Part shown: positions 37,466-51,042 of the stretch, piece after piece
How the letters are laid out: every line of letters starts with the position of its first letter
Position numbering within the stretch: position 1 is the first letter of the stretch
Assembly (NCBI RefSeq): GCF_963921235.1
Contig: NC_086097.1
Coordinates: forward strand, 152,274,001 to 152,338,000
DNA: 64,000 nt
Reading direction: 5' to 3'
DNA from: Mobula hypostoma
Lineage: Eukaryota
Translations under genes and position numbers: made by a program
Notes under the pieces: model-generated
The model's database searches: none
The model's input: only the letters and a program-made list of their open reading frames with translations
Told to the model about the DNA's origin: nothing

Positions 37466-38979
37466 CTTTGCCTCGAAATCTGGTCTTGCTTATGAAGGGA
37501 CCTTGAGCATACTTGCCAGTCTGACATCCAACTACACACACGCTGGTGTGAACTGATGATGGCAATGATATTCAATACCAATAGATTATAAACATAGATT
37601 AAGTTTCTATGTTTTGATCATGGCTATTGCCTGACAATTGTGTGATGCAAGTGTAACTTCCTGTTTAACAGTTGATGCCTAAATATGTTCAAGACTTTGC
37701 ATCAAGTAGGCAGAGTCTATTTTATTATTGCAGAGAGAGTTAGCTTTCCTACTGCTTTTCAGTAGTCAACTTTCATCTGAAGTCCAAAAGAAGGCTTGGC
37801 AAAACATACTGAAATAATTCACGGTGCTGTTTGATGCTGAAGCTAAGTGTAACACTTGAGGATTTACATTGTGCCAGTGCTAGTATCTCTTTTAGCAGCA
37901 GGAAGAAATCAACAGACTAAAAATCTTTAATAACTGTTCTTCATTTCCAGAGAAAGAATTTTAACCATCTTTCATCCTTGTAAAGCTTGTGTTATAGTTA
38001 TTTCAACTGAGTTGTCAAAGTTCCTTTGTTGCCACCACAGGCTGTCACCTGTCTTCTGCTGATAAATCACTGAAAGGTCTTCATTGACTCTGTCTGTCAT
38101 GGAGGTGCCAGGGCCAAGCATTTCAAAAGAATATTTTCCTTTGGATCTCAGGGTTTGAAGAATAATACAAATATCATCTGAGTGAAATATCATCTCAGAT
38201 GAAGAATGATAACAACAAAACCTCCAAAATAAAAAGATTACTAACCTGTTATCAGAATAAAGCTTTCATGTTGCAAAATTACTATTGGGTCAGCCTCTGA
38301 TCAAAGCAAAGGATCTTTGCCGCCCAAGATCTTCCAATGATGAGGCGAATCAACATATAAATTGAACTTCTGCTCCATGTGACTTTGCGTCTTCCAGGGC
38401 AAAGAGATGCACATCTATGATCTTTGATATGTTAACGAATCTTTGCAAAAATATGAATCCCCGAGCCGCATAGAATCCACAGAATAGCAATTGTAAAAAA
38501 TAGCTAAGATTCTGCTCAAGCTTGTGATCCAGTGATTGTTCAGAATATATGAAACTAATTTTCCAAGAATGAGCTGCCACTTACAATTAGATGTGGATAT
38601 TATAGATATTGAATATTCTGTGTGGTGTTGCAGTAATGATTCCATCAGCAATCTTGGTGGTAAGGCTTTCCTTCTGCCAATGTAGAATTAGGTAATCATC
38701 CCTACAAAATCAGAACTAAATGGCAGCTGCATTTTGCATTGCTTTTTCATCATGGTGGCTGGAGAGGCTGACAATTTTCATGGAAATATTCCAGAAAAAT
38801 TGAAGTCATAAAGCTTTTGTTTTTTCAACAATATTACAGTCTACATCATTTGAAACTAAGATCTCACTTACCTATTTATTTAGTATTGTAGCAATTGGCC
38901 AAAGAGCCATAGGATATAAAACATCACTGAGGTTGAAAGGAGAAGAAAATATTCAGTCTGGAATGATACTGAACATGAA

Positions 38980-39480
38980 AAGGCAAAGATTGCTTGGAGA
39001 CCGGCATCATGGTTTTGTTGGTAGGATATCTTGTCTGACTAATTTAGTGGAAAAGGTAACAAAATACATTGAGGCAGAAGATGGAATTGTTATATCTGCA
39101 TGGACTTCAGTAAGCCTTCAAGGTAGTATGGCAGAGATTTGACCAGATGATTAAAGCCCATGACATCCAAGGCAAGTTGGCAAATTAGGTACAAATTTAT
39201 CTTTGTAATAGGATGCAGGGGGTAATGGTGGAGGGTTGCTTTTATGATTGGAAGCCTGTAACTTGTGGTGCTCCAAAAGGACAGTGCAGTTTGTCATATA
39301 CACTGACTCACATATGATTGTAGGAGGCCGATATTCCCAGGACATTTAAAACATCTGGATGAGCAATCAAATTACCACGCTACGGTTAACCAAAGGCCAA
39401 GTGCTGTAAAATGAAACCTAGATGGGTACTGGAAGGTGAGCACAGACATACTGAGCCAAAAGGACTATTTGTGTGATGAG
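38980..39480 (+). mobile_element. Old CR1 RT fragments
   Basis: DRHHGFVGRISCLTNL and DWKPVT remnants. Confidence 0.6.
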
Positions 39481-39761
39481 TGGCTTTATGATGACACATT
39501 GGTGAAGTTTTAACATTCAAAATGCTTGGTATTGTATATTAGCATTTTGTTTGTAGAAAAGGGAGCCTAAAAGTGCAGTATTTGTGTATTGTAAATTTAA
39601 TGTAGTCCTTGATTAAAGTATATTGTATCCACTACACTATAGTATTGCCTTTTATAGGGTGCATAATAAAAATAAAAAATTCCAGGATAAATTTAGCCTT
39701 TATGTCATTGCATTAATTTGAGCAAACATATAAAATATTAAACAAAAAACAGCAACTGAGC

Positions 39762-40355
39762 TGGGAAGATGGTACTAGTGAGCAACATGACTGAAGGCGA
39801 CATCCTTCAGATAGTTCATACTTCTGTCACTTCTTTTCCTTCTTCCAAATCTGCTTCTGTTACTATTGGAGCACGTGATCTACATTTTGCTGGTGTGCTT
39901 TCGGGTCAGTTGAGCAATCTGGTGCTTTGCCATCTGAGGGGATTCAGTGAGGTTTATAGCGAAGTGTGCAGCCAAGCAGCCTAGAGATGGGGCGCAAGCC
40001 CATGATCGATTCCATTTCTCACCGATCTTGCAACGTGGGCAAAGTTTAATTGATGCGGTTTGTGGATTGGACTCTGTAGTTCATGTTATCATGTGTTTCT
40101 GATTCCTGGTTACTCATTTTTTTTGTTGCTATTTTGTGCAATTTTGACTTCTGTGGACTGGCTCTGCGACCTGCAGTCAATGAACAACCCAGCGCTAGGT
40201 TGAACTGAGCTGAGTATTCAATTACATTCTGGTCTTTCCTTTAACAGGTTCCATGGTTTTCTTTGTTACATGGCTGTCTATGGGAAGATGAATCTCAGAG
40301 CTGTATATTGCAAACATACTTTGATAATAAATGTACTTTGATCTTGAATTTTGAA
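39762..40355 (+). mobile_element. Non-coding retroelement with a GGGAAGATGG 5' end and a Rex1-type 3' tail
   Basis: The tail gaatctcagagctgtata..ctttgataataaatgtactttga matches the Rex tail at 37380-37460. No RT remnants were seen. Confidence 0.5.
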
Positions 40356-41780
40356 ATATTTATAATAAACTGAAAGAACGGTTAGAGACTCAGGAAGAAT
40401 CATAAGGTAAGCTTCATTAACAGAAGACCGCTAATTTCATTTGAGTCATTCTAGAAAACTGTAGTCAGTATTTTTTGTTGCATTATTCACCTAGATGACA
40501 ATTATATCACATCACCTAGTTTGATTCATGGATCCCATCAGATGTTATATTGTGGAAAAACTTAACACGCATTAACTCTGGATCGGCAACTGAACACCTC
40601 GAGTTTGATTGTTCTAGACTTCTTTATGTTTAACTAAATCTGTCAAAGCTTCAAAGGGGTTGAGGAATATGGTAGATAAATAACTTTTAATGCTTGTGAG
40701 CCATCAAGAATATGAGTGTGAGAATTTTTTCTTCCCCTCTCCCCCAAGAGTGCTTAGAACACACCTCAAGGCTAAAATCTGGGCACATTTTCTGGTGCTC
40801 TTCTACATCACTTGATTCATTATGCTCCTGACATTTGTGCTAAACTATTTTTTCACTACTGTTATCCTGTTGTCCAACTGCTTCCTGACATATTTGAATG
40901 CACAAGCACAACCTATTAAATATTCATAAAGGAAACCTCTACTCCTGTCCTCTGCCATCCAAATAATATTCCAAAGCAGCTCTTAAAACTCAAATATAAC
41001 TAAACTTGCTTCCTTAACATTTTCTGCATCAATAATGCTCCTGTCTCTTTGGAGTGAAAAACTTTGTAGGTTTTTAGCTTGCTAAGTGGAGACCAAAAAT
41101 ATACTAACTGCAGTGGGCAGTATTAAAATTTTATTGTAGTATTTTTTCCAAACTACTAAAATAAACAACCTATAAACTTGAGTTTTGAATATCTTTTCTG
41201 ACTTCTTATAATTGTTACCTTTGTCTTCAGAATCGTGATTTTAATTTTGGTTTTAAAGGGATTAAAATTTCCAAATGAGTGTTTTTTTAATTTAAAGCTC
41301 AGACATGCATAACCAGCAAAAATATTAAAAACTAAAATATTGCATGGAAATAAAATAACTCCATTTTTAAACCTGAAATGTCATTTTAATTAGTGCTTCA
41401 AGTTTTATCAAATAATATCCCTGAGTTTTGTATAGATTTGGTGCCTGTATTACGACTTCAAGGAAAAATGTACTAACTTACAAATTACAGTATAATTAAA
41501 TTCTTTCTACAAAGTCAATGATATTTGTGATTTTCCTTCTGGGTGCTTTGTGTGCATCTCAAGATAATATACCTGGACTTAATATGTGGTATCCAATTGT
41601 GTAAATCAGATTTTTGATGTAGTGTTATTAATCTGAAACATTAACTACTATACTTCTGTCTCCGCATATGACGAGTATCTCAGATGTTCTGTTGATATTC
41701 AGGTACCCAGCATCTAAGTCTTTTCTAAAGTGAGCGACACTTGACTGGAGGTCACTTCAAACATTTTGATCTAGGAATGT

Positions 41781-42120
41781 GAATCAGAATCAGGTTTAAT
41801 ATCACTGGCATAAGTCGTGAAATTTGTTAACTTAGTGGCAGCAGTTCAATGTAATACATGATAGGTATAGAAAAATAAATAAATTACAGAAGGTGTGTGT
41901 ATAATAGTTAAATTACAAATGATAGTGCAAAAACATAAATAATAAAAAAGGTGAGGTAGTATTCATGGGCTTAATGTCCATTTAGAAATAGGTTGGCAGA
42001 GGGGAGGAGCTGTCCCTGAATCACTGAGTGTGTGCCTTCAGGCTTCTGTACCTCCTTGCTGATGGTAACAATGAGAAGAGGGCATGTCCTGGGTGACGGT
42101 GGTCCTTAATGATGGAATGA
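41781..42120 (-). mobile_element. Rex1-like LINE 3' end
   Basis: The gaatcagaatcaggtttaatatca tail and aggcttctgtacctcc (RRYRSL) match the Rex end at 54480-54836. Confidence 0.8.
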
Positions 42121-42239
42121 GTGAGTGAGGAGAGAGTTGATGACTTGTTCGCAAGTTCTACTTACAAGGGACCAGCCTGAGCAGTAACACCATGATTGGT
42201 TGCAGGAAATGTTGCCCCACTTTAAGTGAATTCTTACGA

Positions 42240-42960
42240 TTTAAAACCACTCTCTTTTGTGCACTCCAAGTCCTCTCCATTCTGGTTGTGACAGATCAAA
42301 CCCCAGTTCCCTCCTCAATCATGACTCTGGCTACATCCTGCTTTTTGACCTCATCCTCGATTACCTTCCTCCTGGGTGAACCCTGACCTTTACTCCCTCT
42401 TCTGATTGATACTACAATAAATCATCAACTCATGCCCAAACCTGGAGCCCATATCTGAAAAAACAGGGCTGAAATTTGAGTATCCCATCACTATACCTAC
42501 AACTTGACCATGACCCCAGCAACAATTATTTGACCACTGTCTTCCATACTACCACTGATCTCATCACTTCCGGATCTCTCTCTCCACATCTTCCAACCAG
42601 ATCTTTGCCCAATTCCACACTGCCCATTTCTATATCCTACACAAGTTTCACAAACATGACTACTCTGAGAAGGTCCATTGTTTCTGCCTGCTCTTGCCTC
42701 ATTGGACTTACTTCCTCATGCCTTGACCAACTCACATCTGCCCTTGTCCAGTCTCTTCACACCCATGTCCAGAACACTTCACATGCTGTCCACCATTTTA
42801 ACAATTTTCAATTTCCTGGACACCTTGTGATACCAGCTACCTCCGCTTTCTTTTTTTCAGGCCAGATGAAGGGTCTGTAGCCAAAATGTCAACTATCCAG
42901 TTCCTTCACTGATGCTGCCCAATCCACTGAATTCCAAATATATTTTATATTTCTAAATTG
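42240..42960 (+). mobile_element. Old Penelope-like fragments with a decayed hammerhead/pLTR
   Basis: RSIVSACSC..LVQSLHTHVQNTSHA..FNNFQFP is homologous to the sequence from 34172 on. cagatgaagggtctgtagccaaaatgtc lies at about 42863. Confidence 0.7.
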
Positions 42961-44093
42961 AGTAAATGAATTTCACTGAAAATCTTCAGTTGCTATTGTC
43001 TTTTTTTCAAACATCAAATAAGGGGTAGAGATATTGTGAAGTGTGTAAACTCACTTTCACACATTTCATGTGGGAACCAATAAAAAAATCAAAATGAAGA
43101 AAAATTATTTTGGCAACATAAAATAGACTGAATTACTTTTTTTTAAGCAGTTTGACTTCAATAAGAGCATATTTAACAATCCATTACAGAGATAAGCTAC
43201 TGTGGATTAACCTTTAGAAATGAGGTTTCAGTTTGGTGCAGTCTTAAACTGACTTATTTCATATCATGCTTCACCAGTGAGATAACCAACTTTAGATTTT
43301 TACTTACTTAGGTAAGTTTTGCATTGCAAGAGTGCCGTTGGCAAGCTTTATTTTCTTGGAGAGTCACTTCTAAATAATTTTGCAGATCAGTTGATCTCCA
43401 GGGGCCAAATTGTAAAAAAACCTTACTCCTATTCCCTATCCTATGACTCAAAGTGGTGTGTATGTCAGACTAATTTTCTCCTGTTTAGATTAGGGAGTAG
43501 ATACATACATCTGAATTTGCCAGATATATTTTTATTCATTTTTCTTGAGCTTAAAGTTGATTGGGACAACAATGTTAATGTCTTCCAAATCATGGACAAA
43601 ACTGACAGTTGTTAGACTTTTTTTGTCTTTTGGCCTGAAGTCAGGCAAAGTAGCTGTTATATAAATCAAAATCTTTAATACTGTAAACTTTATGTACCTC
43701 AATCCTACTTCATTCTTGATAAGCCTTTGATCTAAAATGTTAACTGTTTCTCTTTCTATATATGCAGTCAGACCCATTACATTGTTTTCATGTCAGATTT
43801 CCAGCATTTGCTATCATTGGTGTAAGATGCTTCCAACTGTTACAAGGTTAATTTTGCGGTGAGGTGTTTCCGGTGCTGGATCTGACCAATAATTAGGAAT
43901 ATTGCTGACAGATTAAGGTAATTTAAATAGAATCAGAATCAAGCCAGGCAGAAATCAGTAGCTTGCAGCAGTGTGGGGCAATACGCCCTGTATTTGTGAT
44001 AGTCATAAATGATTCAGATGAAAATATATTTGGGCTGATTAGTAACAGTTGACACAAAAATTGTTGGAGGTGTAGAGAGTGAAGAAGGTTTGG

Positions 44094-44784
44094 GGGGGTG
44101 GTGGAGAGAAGATGGCGGCACGACGGCAACGTGTGCAGCCACTTTGGTGATGATATCCATTATCTATCAATTAGGGGATCGTGCACAATTCTGATTTGAT
44201 GGAGATAGACTTGAGAGCATGGACGAATATCTGGAAAATTTCTGAAATGCCCACTTCCCTGCTGCTGCTACTACTGTGTGGTAACCGGAATCTCCGGAGC
44301 TGAAGGCCTCGAAATCCTCGGCTTTGCGTGTTTCAGCGGCTGGGGAGAGGTCAAGGGCGCTCATTAAAGGATGGCACTCAGGAGGCTATATCAGAGAGGC
44401 TGGTCGGAAGCTCAAAGTTTTCGGACAGATGGACTCAGTGTCGGCTGCTTCCAAGATATCGGCAAGTTGACGGTGCTTGGAGGTTTATGGCAGGGAGTTT
44501 CTCCCTTTTGCCGCCTGCTATCGGGGACTCGGGAGTCGATCGACTCGGAACTTAGAAACTTTTTTTTTTTTTAAAAACTCTGCCCATGGTCCGTTCTTCA
44601 TCAAATTATGGTACTGTTTTGCACTGCTGTAACTATATGTTATAATTATGTGGTTCTGTCAGTGTTAGTCTTTGGTCTGTCCTGTTTTCTGTGATATCAC
44701 TCCAGAGAAACATTGTATCATTTCTTAATGCATGCATGCATTTCGAAATGACAATAAAAGAGGAATGAGTGTTCTCATAATCTA
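44094..44784 (+). mobile_element. CpG-rich non-autonomous retroelement inserted in an old CR1 RT fragment
   Basis: It starts ggggtggtggagagAAGATGGCGGC and ends gacaataaaagagg..aatcta. The flanks read DTKIVGGVESEEG | ..DQLE.WQMEF of CR1. Confidence 0.65.
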
Positions 44785-46003
44785 AAGAACAGAGCAGGAA
44801 AGTGACCAATTGGAATTATGGCAGATGGAATTTAGTCCAGGCAAGTATGAGATACTACATTTTGGGGTTAGACAAAATACAGTTTCCTCTGCACACTCTG
44901 TATTTCAATTTTTAAATATCCGTTCAAGGGATGTGGGATTCATAGGCTGAGCCATCATTTAATTTCCTATTCCTGATTGCTCTTGAGAAGGTGGTTTTGA
45001 GCATCCTTCTTGACCTGCTGCAATATTTGAGGTTAGAGCATGCACACAAAGATGTTGACCCAGTGACAGTGAAGGAGCACCGATATATTTCCAAGTCAGG
45101 ATAAAGTCAGTGTGGCTTGGAGGATGACTTCCAGGTGATAGTACTCCCATGTTTTTGCTGCCCTTGTTGTTCTAAATGGTAGAGAATGTGGGTTTAGAAA
45201 GTGCAGTCACAGGAATTTTGATGAGTTGGAGCAGTGCATTTTATATGTGGTATAAAATGCTGCTACTGTGGGTGGCTGATGGAATGAGTGAGTAGTTGTG
45301 GTTGGGTTGCGTAGCAGGATGGCCAAATCCTGTGTAGTGTTAATTACATTGACTGTTGCTGAAGCTGATATTATCCAGGGTAGTGGAGATGGTTTAAAAG
45401 GGACTATCTAAATTCTAAAAATCCTTGTTTGACATCAAACTAGACTTAAACTCTACTTGATAACAAGTTTTCTTAACATTTTACAGTTGACCATTTCCAG
45501 GTCATTTCATGATACTTGTGAGATACAAATGAACAATTCCTAAAGTAAATCACATCTGTCTATCTTGCATTATTCTCCATCCAATGATTTTTTTTTTAAA
45601 TTACTGGGAGAATTAGATCAATTTGATCCTGGAGAGACCACTGTTACAATACCATTGTGTTAAATTGGGACCCTTGTGAGGCAAGTTTGATTCTTAACCT
45701 TTGGACTCCTCCTCTCCCTCTCCCCCCCCACAACCCTCTGAAGTATGACTACCATGTAGCTCCTGTCCTGTGACCCATTTGAATGCTGGGTAATCCTGCC
45801 ACTGCTATTTAGGTCAGCTTCGATCACATGAAATAATTGCAGAGTGCAAACTAAGTAAATTTGAAAGGGTCATCTATTAGGCACCTGAGCAGGTCAGTAT
45901 TTTAATGTGTGAATATCAATTTGTTACAGAGACTGTTACTGGAAGACAGCCAAAAGCTAATTTCTACTGAATTACAGCCAAAGTTACTACATCTTAATGT
46001 ACA

Positions 46004-46214
46004 CAACAGGAATTCTGCAGATGCTGGAAATTCAAGCAACATACATCAAAGTTGCTGGTGAACGCAGCAGGCCAAGCAGCATCTATAGGAAGAGGCGCAG
46101 TCGACGTTTCAGGCCGAGACCCTTCATCAGGACAAGGGTCTCGGCCTGAAACGTCGACTGCGCCTCTTCCTATAGATGCTGCTTGGCCTGCTGTGTTCAC
46201 CAGCAACTTTGATG
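46004..46214. mobile_element. 211-bp palindromic Penelope-derived mini-element with a 16-bp TSD and a hammerhead
   Basis: TSD TACATCTTAATGTACA (45988-46003, 46215-46230). Near-perfect inverted arms at about 46043-46124 and 46134-46215. The minus strand has GUC CUGAUGA agggucucggccu GAAACGUC GAC at 46100-46133. Confidence 0.92.
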
Positions 46215-47297
46215 TACATCTTAATGTACAATGTGTTCTCACGTTAAGTGAAATTAGACTCCTTTGAGCTAAAATTATTCTGATCAATCCTAGCCTCAGC
46301 CTTTCTATATATGTACTGGAACTTTCTGTTGTTGAGTTTGTGAAATGTTCACAGAGCCTCAGAAAATAACTGGATTATGTCTCTAGTGGGTTGAATATAG
46401 GATCACATGGCTCTGGTCTATGGAATACTGTTCTGCTTTGCAGTTTGCTCTTTATCAAATATTGTAACTCTTGAGCTATCATTATTAAACCTTATTACAC
46501 ACCTTGCTTAACAGGAAAATGAAGGATATGTTGTATTGTTGGGTTGGTTCTCATATTGGAATGTTATTCCACTTATACCAGGGCAATAATTATACCAGTG
46601 TTTAAGAATAATGTGAGCTGCCTTAATGACTATTGCCTGGTAGCACTCATATCAACAGTGAAGAAATGCCTTGAGAGGTTGGTCATGACTAGACTGAACT
46701 CCTGCCTCAGCAAGGACTTGGACCCATTGCAATTTGCCTATCCCCATAATAGGTCAACAGCAGACACAATCTCAATGGCTCTCCTGTCAGGTTCTGTCAG
46801 GTTTTGGCAGGACTCAAATGCAGACCAACGAATACTTTTTCCCCAGGTTTTATGAGGGAGCACAAAGGCAACAGTCTTTCAAAAACAGAAGGCAGGCACA
46901 AATCCAAAACAGCAGGCCAAGCTCTTACCAGGAAAAGCAGTCAAGTGAGGGGCAGACACTCCAGAGCACACAGGTAAAAATCAGGTCCAGGAACAGGCAA
47001 AATCTAAAACACAGAATCAAGCAAAATCAGTTGGCAGAAGTCACAATGACAGGCTAGAACAATACAGGTCAAAATCTGGGACAAACTGGCAGAGAATGTC
47101 TGTCTGTATCTTGTTTTACGGTGGTTGGCATCCAGCTTAATGGTGCATTACCACCACCCTCTGCTCCAGAAAGTGCACTAGACATACATTCTAAATCCCT
47201 TCACCCAATCACACACACACACACACACATATATACACAAACCTACACTTCACCCTCCCATCTTTGACCATCCTAGTATCCCATTCCTGTTTATTCA

Positions 47298-50200
47298 TCA
47301 TATTCTATAAAAAACCCCTGTACCCCTTAAAAACGCTAAAAATACCCAGACTTGTTCTCTCTCAACCATGACCAGCAACCCTTTTAATGTGAATTCCTGC
47401 ATCCCCAACTCCCTTATTTCTCATCATCTCTCTGTATCCCATACTTCCTGCAACACAAAACTACATGTTCTACTGACTCCTCTTCCTGACATTCCTCACA
47501 CAATCCTGTCTGGTGTTTCCCTATCATTTTCAATGTTTTGTTTAATGCACAATGCCCCAGCCTTAACCTAGTCCACACAATTTCCTCTCTTCTGTTTCCA
47601 TTACCTACCCTAGTAATTGCAACACTCTTTTGTATTTGATATAAATGCCTCCCTTTCCCCTCCCTGTCCCATTTTTCTTGCCACATTCACTTGACTTTTT
47701 CCCCAGATTACACACTTAACCTCTGTTTTAGTGATACTAATGTGCATTTCCACATTTTCTTTCTTTAACACCCTCTTTGCCAACTCATCCACCCTCTCAT
47801 TTCCCTTCACCCCTACATGTGCTGGAACCCATAGAAATTTTACCTGACCTCCCTGATTTGCAATTCTTGTAACTAACTGAAGGACTTCATAAAGTACATC
47901 TTGCCAACTGTTTGTGTGAAAAGACCTTAAACTTGCTAGAACTGAGGATGAATCTGAACATATCAATGCTTTGACTTGTCTGGCTTTCTGCACCCATTGC
48001 AACGCAACCAACACCGCCAGCATCTCCACTGTAAACACCCCTAACTTATTAGATGTTCTTCTGCTGATTCCAATTTCTTTTGCTGGTATTACCACCCCAA
48101 ACCCTGTCACTCCTGTTTCAGGTTCCTTCGCACCATCCGTATAAATGTGAGTATAATCACTATACTTTCCCATCACATGACAGTTAAATGCATTTACCAA
48201 ATCTGTTTTATATCTTTCTTTCCTTTTTACCTCTAACAAATGCCAGTCTATGTCAGGCCATACAAGCTTCCATGGAGCTACAACCAGATAAACTACTGAA
48301 GGACTAATCCTCAGATCAAATACTCCACATTCTTTCGCAATATCATTCCCTACCCAAACTAAAGGTATCCCTCTGAAACCTCTCATTTTCCCAGCACTCC
48401 TGCAACACTCCTTTAGTAGGGTGAGAATCATTGTGCCCCTGCAAGTTAGCCCAGTAGTTTGCCATCAGTTGCATCCTTCTTAGTTCCAAAGGCATTATTC
48501 CCATTTCTACCTGTAGTGCTGACACTGGTGACGTTTTAAAAGCCCCACTGCACACTCTCAAGGCCTGAGCCTGAATCACTTCCAGTTTCCTTATAAGAGA
48601 CCTAGCTGCTGATCCACATACTATATTTCCATAATCCAATACAGATCTCACTAAAGCCACATAAGTTCTCTTCAAAGCTGAACAACTTGCTCCCCATTCC
48701 CTACCAGTCAAACATCTCATCACATTTATTACTTTTTTACATTTCTCCTCAACTTTCCTGATATGGTCTGCCCATGTTAATTGTGAATCAAATACAATTC
48801 CCAGAAATTTAAATGATGCAACTCTTTCTAATTCAACCCCATACATTCTTAACTTCTTCCCTACCTCAACCCTTTTCCTGGTAAAAAAAAATACAGTTTG
48901 AGTTTTATCTACTGAAAATCTACATCCCCAATCATAGCCCCACTCCACCACTTCATCAATTGCTTCTTGTAGTTTCCTGATTATATGGTCCATGTTCCTG
49001 CCTCTTTTCCACAAGGCCCCATCATCCGCAAACAGTGACCTACCTATATCCACTGGTACCTTTGTGAAGACATCATTGATCATAATGATGAAAAGTAACG
49101 GGCTAATCACACTACCTTGAGGTGTGCCATTTTCCACTATGTACTGTTTTGATAATTCTGATCCAATCCGAACTTGAATTTTTCTACCAAACAAAAATCT
49201 TTAATCCAATTAAAAACTCTCCCACCAACCCCCATCTTGTGCAGTTTAATTAATAATCCTTCCTTCCACATCAGATCATAGGCTTTTTCAATGTCAAAGA
49301 ACACTGCCACTACTGACTCTCTATTTGCCTGGGCCTTCCTTATTTCAGTCTCTAACATAATCACTGAGTCCATGGAATTCCTTCCCTTTCTAAAACCACT
49401 CTGATAACTTGCCAGCATTCCCCTTTTGTCAAGCTCATATGATAACCTTTCTGTTATCATCCTTTCCATTATCTTACATATACTTGATGTTAATGCAATT
49501 GGTCTGTAGATAGTGGGTTTTGACAGATCCTTGCCAGGCTTCCTTATTGGAATTACTACTGCTTCTTTCCATGCACTTGGTAATCTTCCCTCCTCCCACA
49601 CTCTTATAAAAATGCAGCAACTTCAAGAGTGCTCCTTCTCCTAGATTTTTTAGCATCACAGAGCATATCAGATCTTTCCCTGGGGAGGTTGGTCTCGATC
49701 TCTTTATTGCTCTCACCATTTCTGCTAATGTAAATGGATCAATTATATCATCTGTTCCTTCCCTCCTGCTTAACACACCTGGGTGTTGGCTCATTATTCT
49801 TTCCCTTCTTCAGACAAATTTTCTGAACTGTGCATCAGTACAAATGAATTGGCCATGACCTCAGCCTTATCCCTACTGGAAACTGCAGTTTCCTCCTCAG
49901 ATATCATTACTGGATATTCCCATTCCCTTCTATCTCCTCCCATCCTCTTAATCATTCCCCATATCTCTCCTACAGGTGTTGTTCTTCCTACCTTGTCACA
50001 AAAACTCCTCCAACTTGCCCTTTTAGCTTGACATATAGTTCTTCTCACCACTGCCTGTGCTTTCTTATATTGAACCAAATGCTGCATATTATGGGTTCTT
50101 TTAACTAGCCTGAATGCTCTATTTCTGTTTTTTACAGCCTGACAACATTCCTCTGTCCACCATGGTACCAGTTTTCTATTCATCCTATTTTTACTCCTAG

Positions 50201-51034
50201 GTATAGATCCTTCTGCTGCCATGATAATTGCTGAAGTCACCTGACTGTTTAATTCATCTACATTTCCAGAAATATCAATCTTTGTCAACCCTTCTTCACT
50301 CAACTTCTGGAACTTACCCCAATCAGCTTTTTCAAACACCCACTTTGGGGTTCCACCACCTGGTCTTACTTCAACTCTTTCACCCACTGAACACAAAACT
50401 GGGTAGTGATCACTGCCTACTGTTGAAGCAGTCCAAACTCCCCAGTTACTAATGCCAGCCAAGGTATTAGACACTAACGTAATATCTAACACTGACACAG
50501 TTCCTGTTGTTATATCTATCTTTGTGCCGCTACCATCATTCATACACACCAAATCCCTTTCTTCCATCAAACCTTCAATTACCTTTCCATTTGGATCTGT
50601 AATCTGATCCCCCCCATATTGTGCTATGAACATTGAAATCTGCACACCACACTACTTTATGTCTGTTTTGTCCTTGTATCTTTAATAGGCTGTCCAAATC
50701 CAACCTTTTACATGGATTGTAGTAGTTAATTATAACCACTCCCTCCCCTCGCTCCCACATTTCCACCACTATGTATTCCTGATCATCTCCTTTTTCCAGT
50801 ACCCTATATGGTATACCTTGCTTGATTTACATAGCACACCCACCTCCTCCCCCCTAGATTTCTATCTTTCCTTATCATTGTATACCCATATACCACAAAG
50901 TCTAAAGTTGGTTTCAACTAAGTTTCCTGAATACACACTACATCCGGTTTTACAACCATTTCTTTAATAAAGTGCTTGAATTCCTGGCAATTGGCCAGTA
51001 AGCTCCTTGCATTCCATTGTAAAAGAATCACCAT
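47298..51034 (-). pseudogene. Nimb/I-group ORF2 (APE, RT, RNase H, zinc knuckle) broken by frameshifts and a stop
   Basis: MVILLQWNARS (ATG 51034), GSDHYP, FFDIEKAYD, GTPQGSVISP, LFADD, IYTDG..E..SDS..WVPAHVGVKGNERVD, RLRLGH..CEEC..H..C. Confidence 0.93.
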
Positions 51035-51042
51035 AATTAGTA

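Noticed and set aside
37972..38651. Short minus-strand ORFs and a small hairpin (tcatctgag..ctcagatga, 38174-38202) in unique DNA
   Set aside because: There are no known motifs or convincing splice pairs, and a 9-bp stem is expected by chance in 64 kb.
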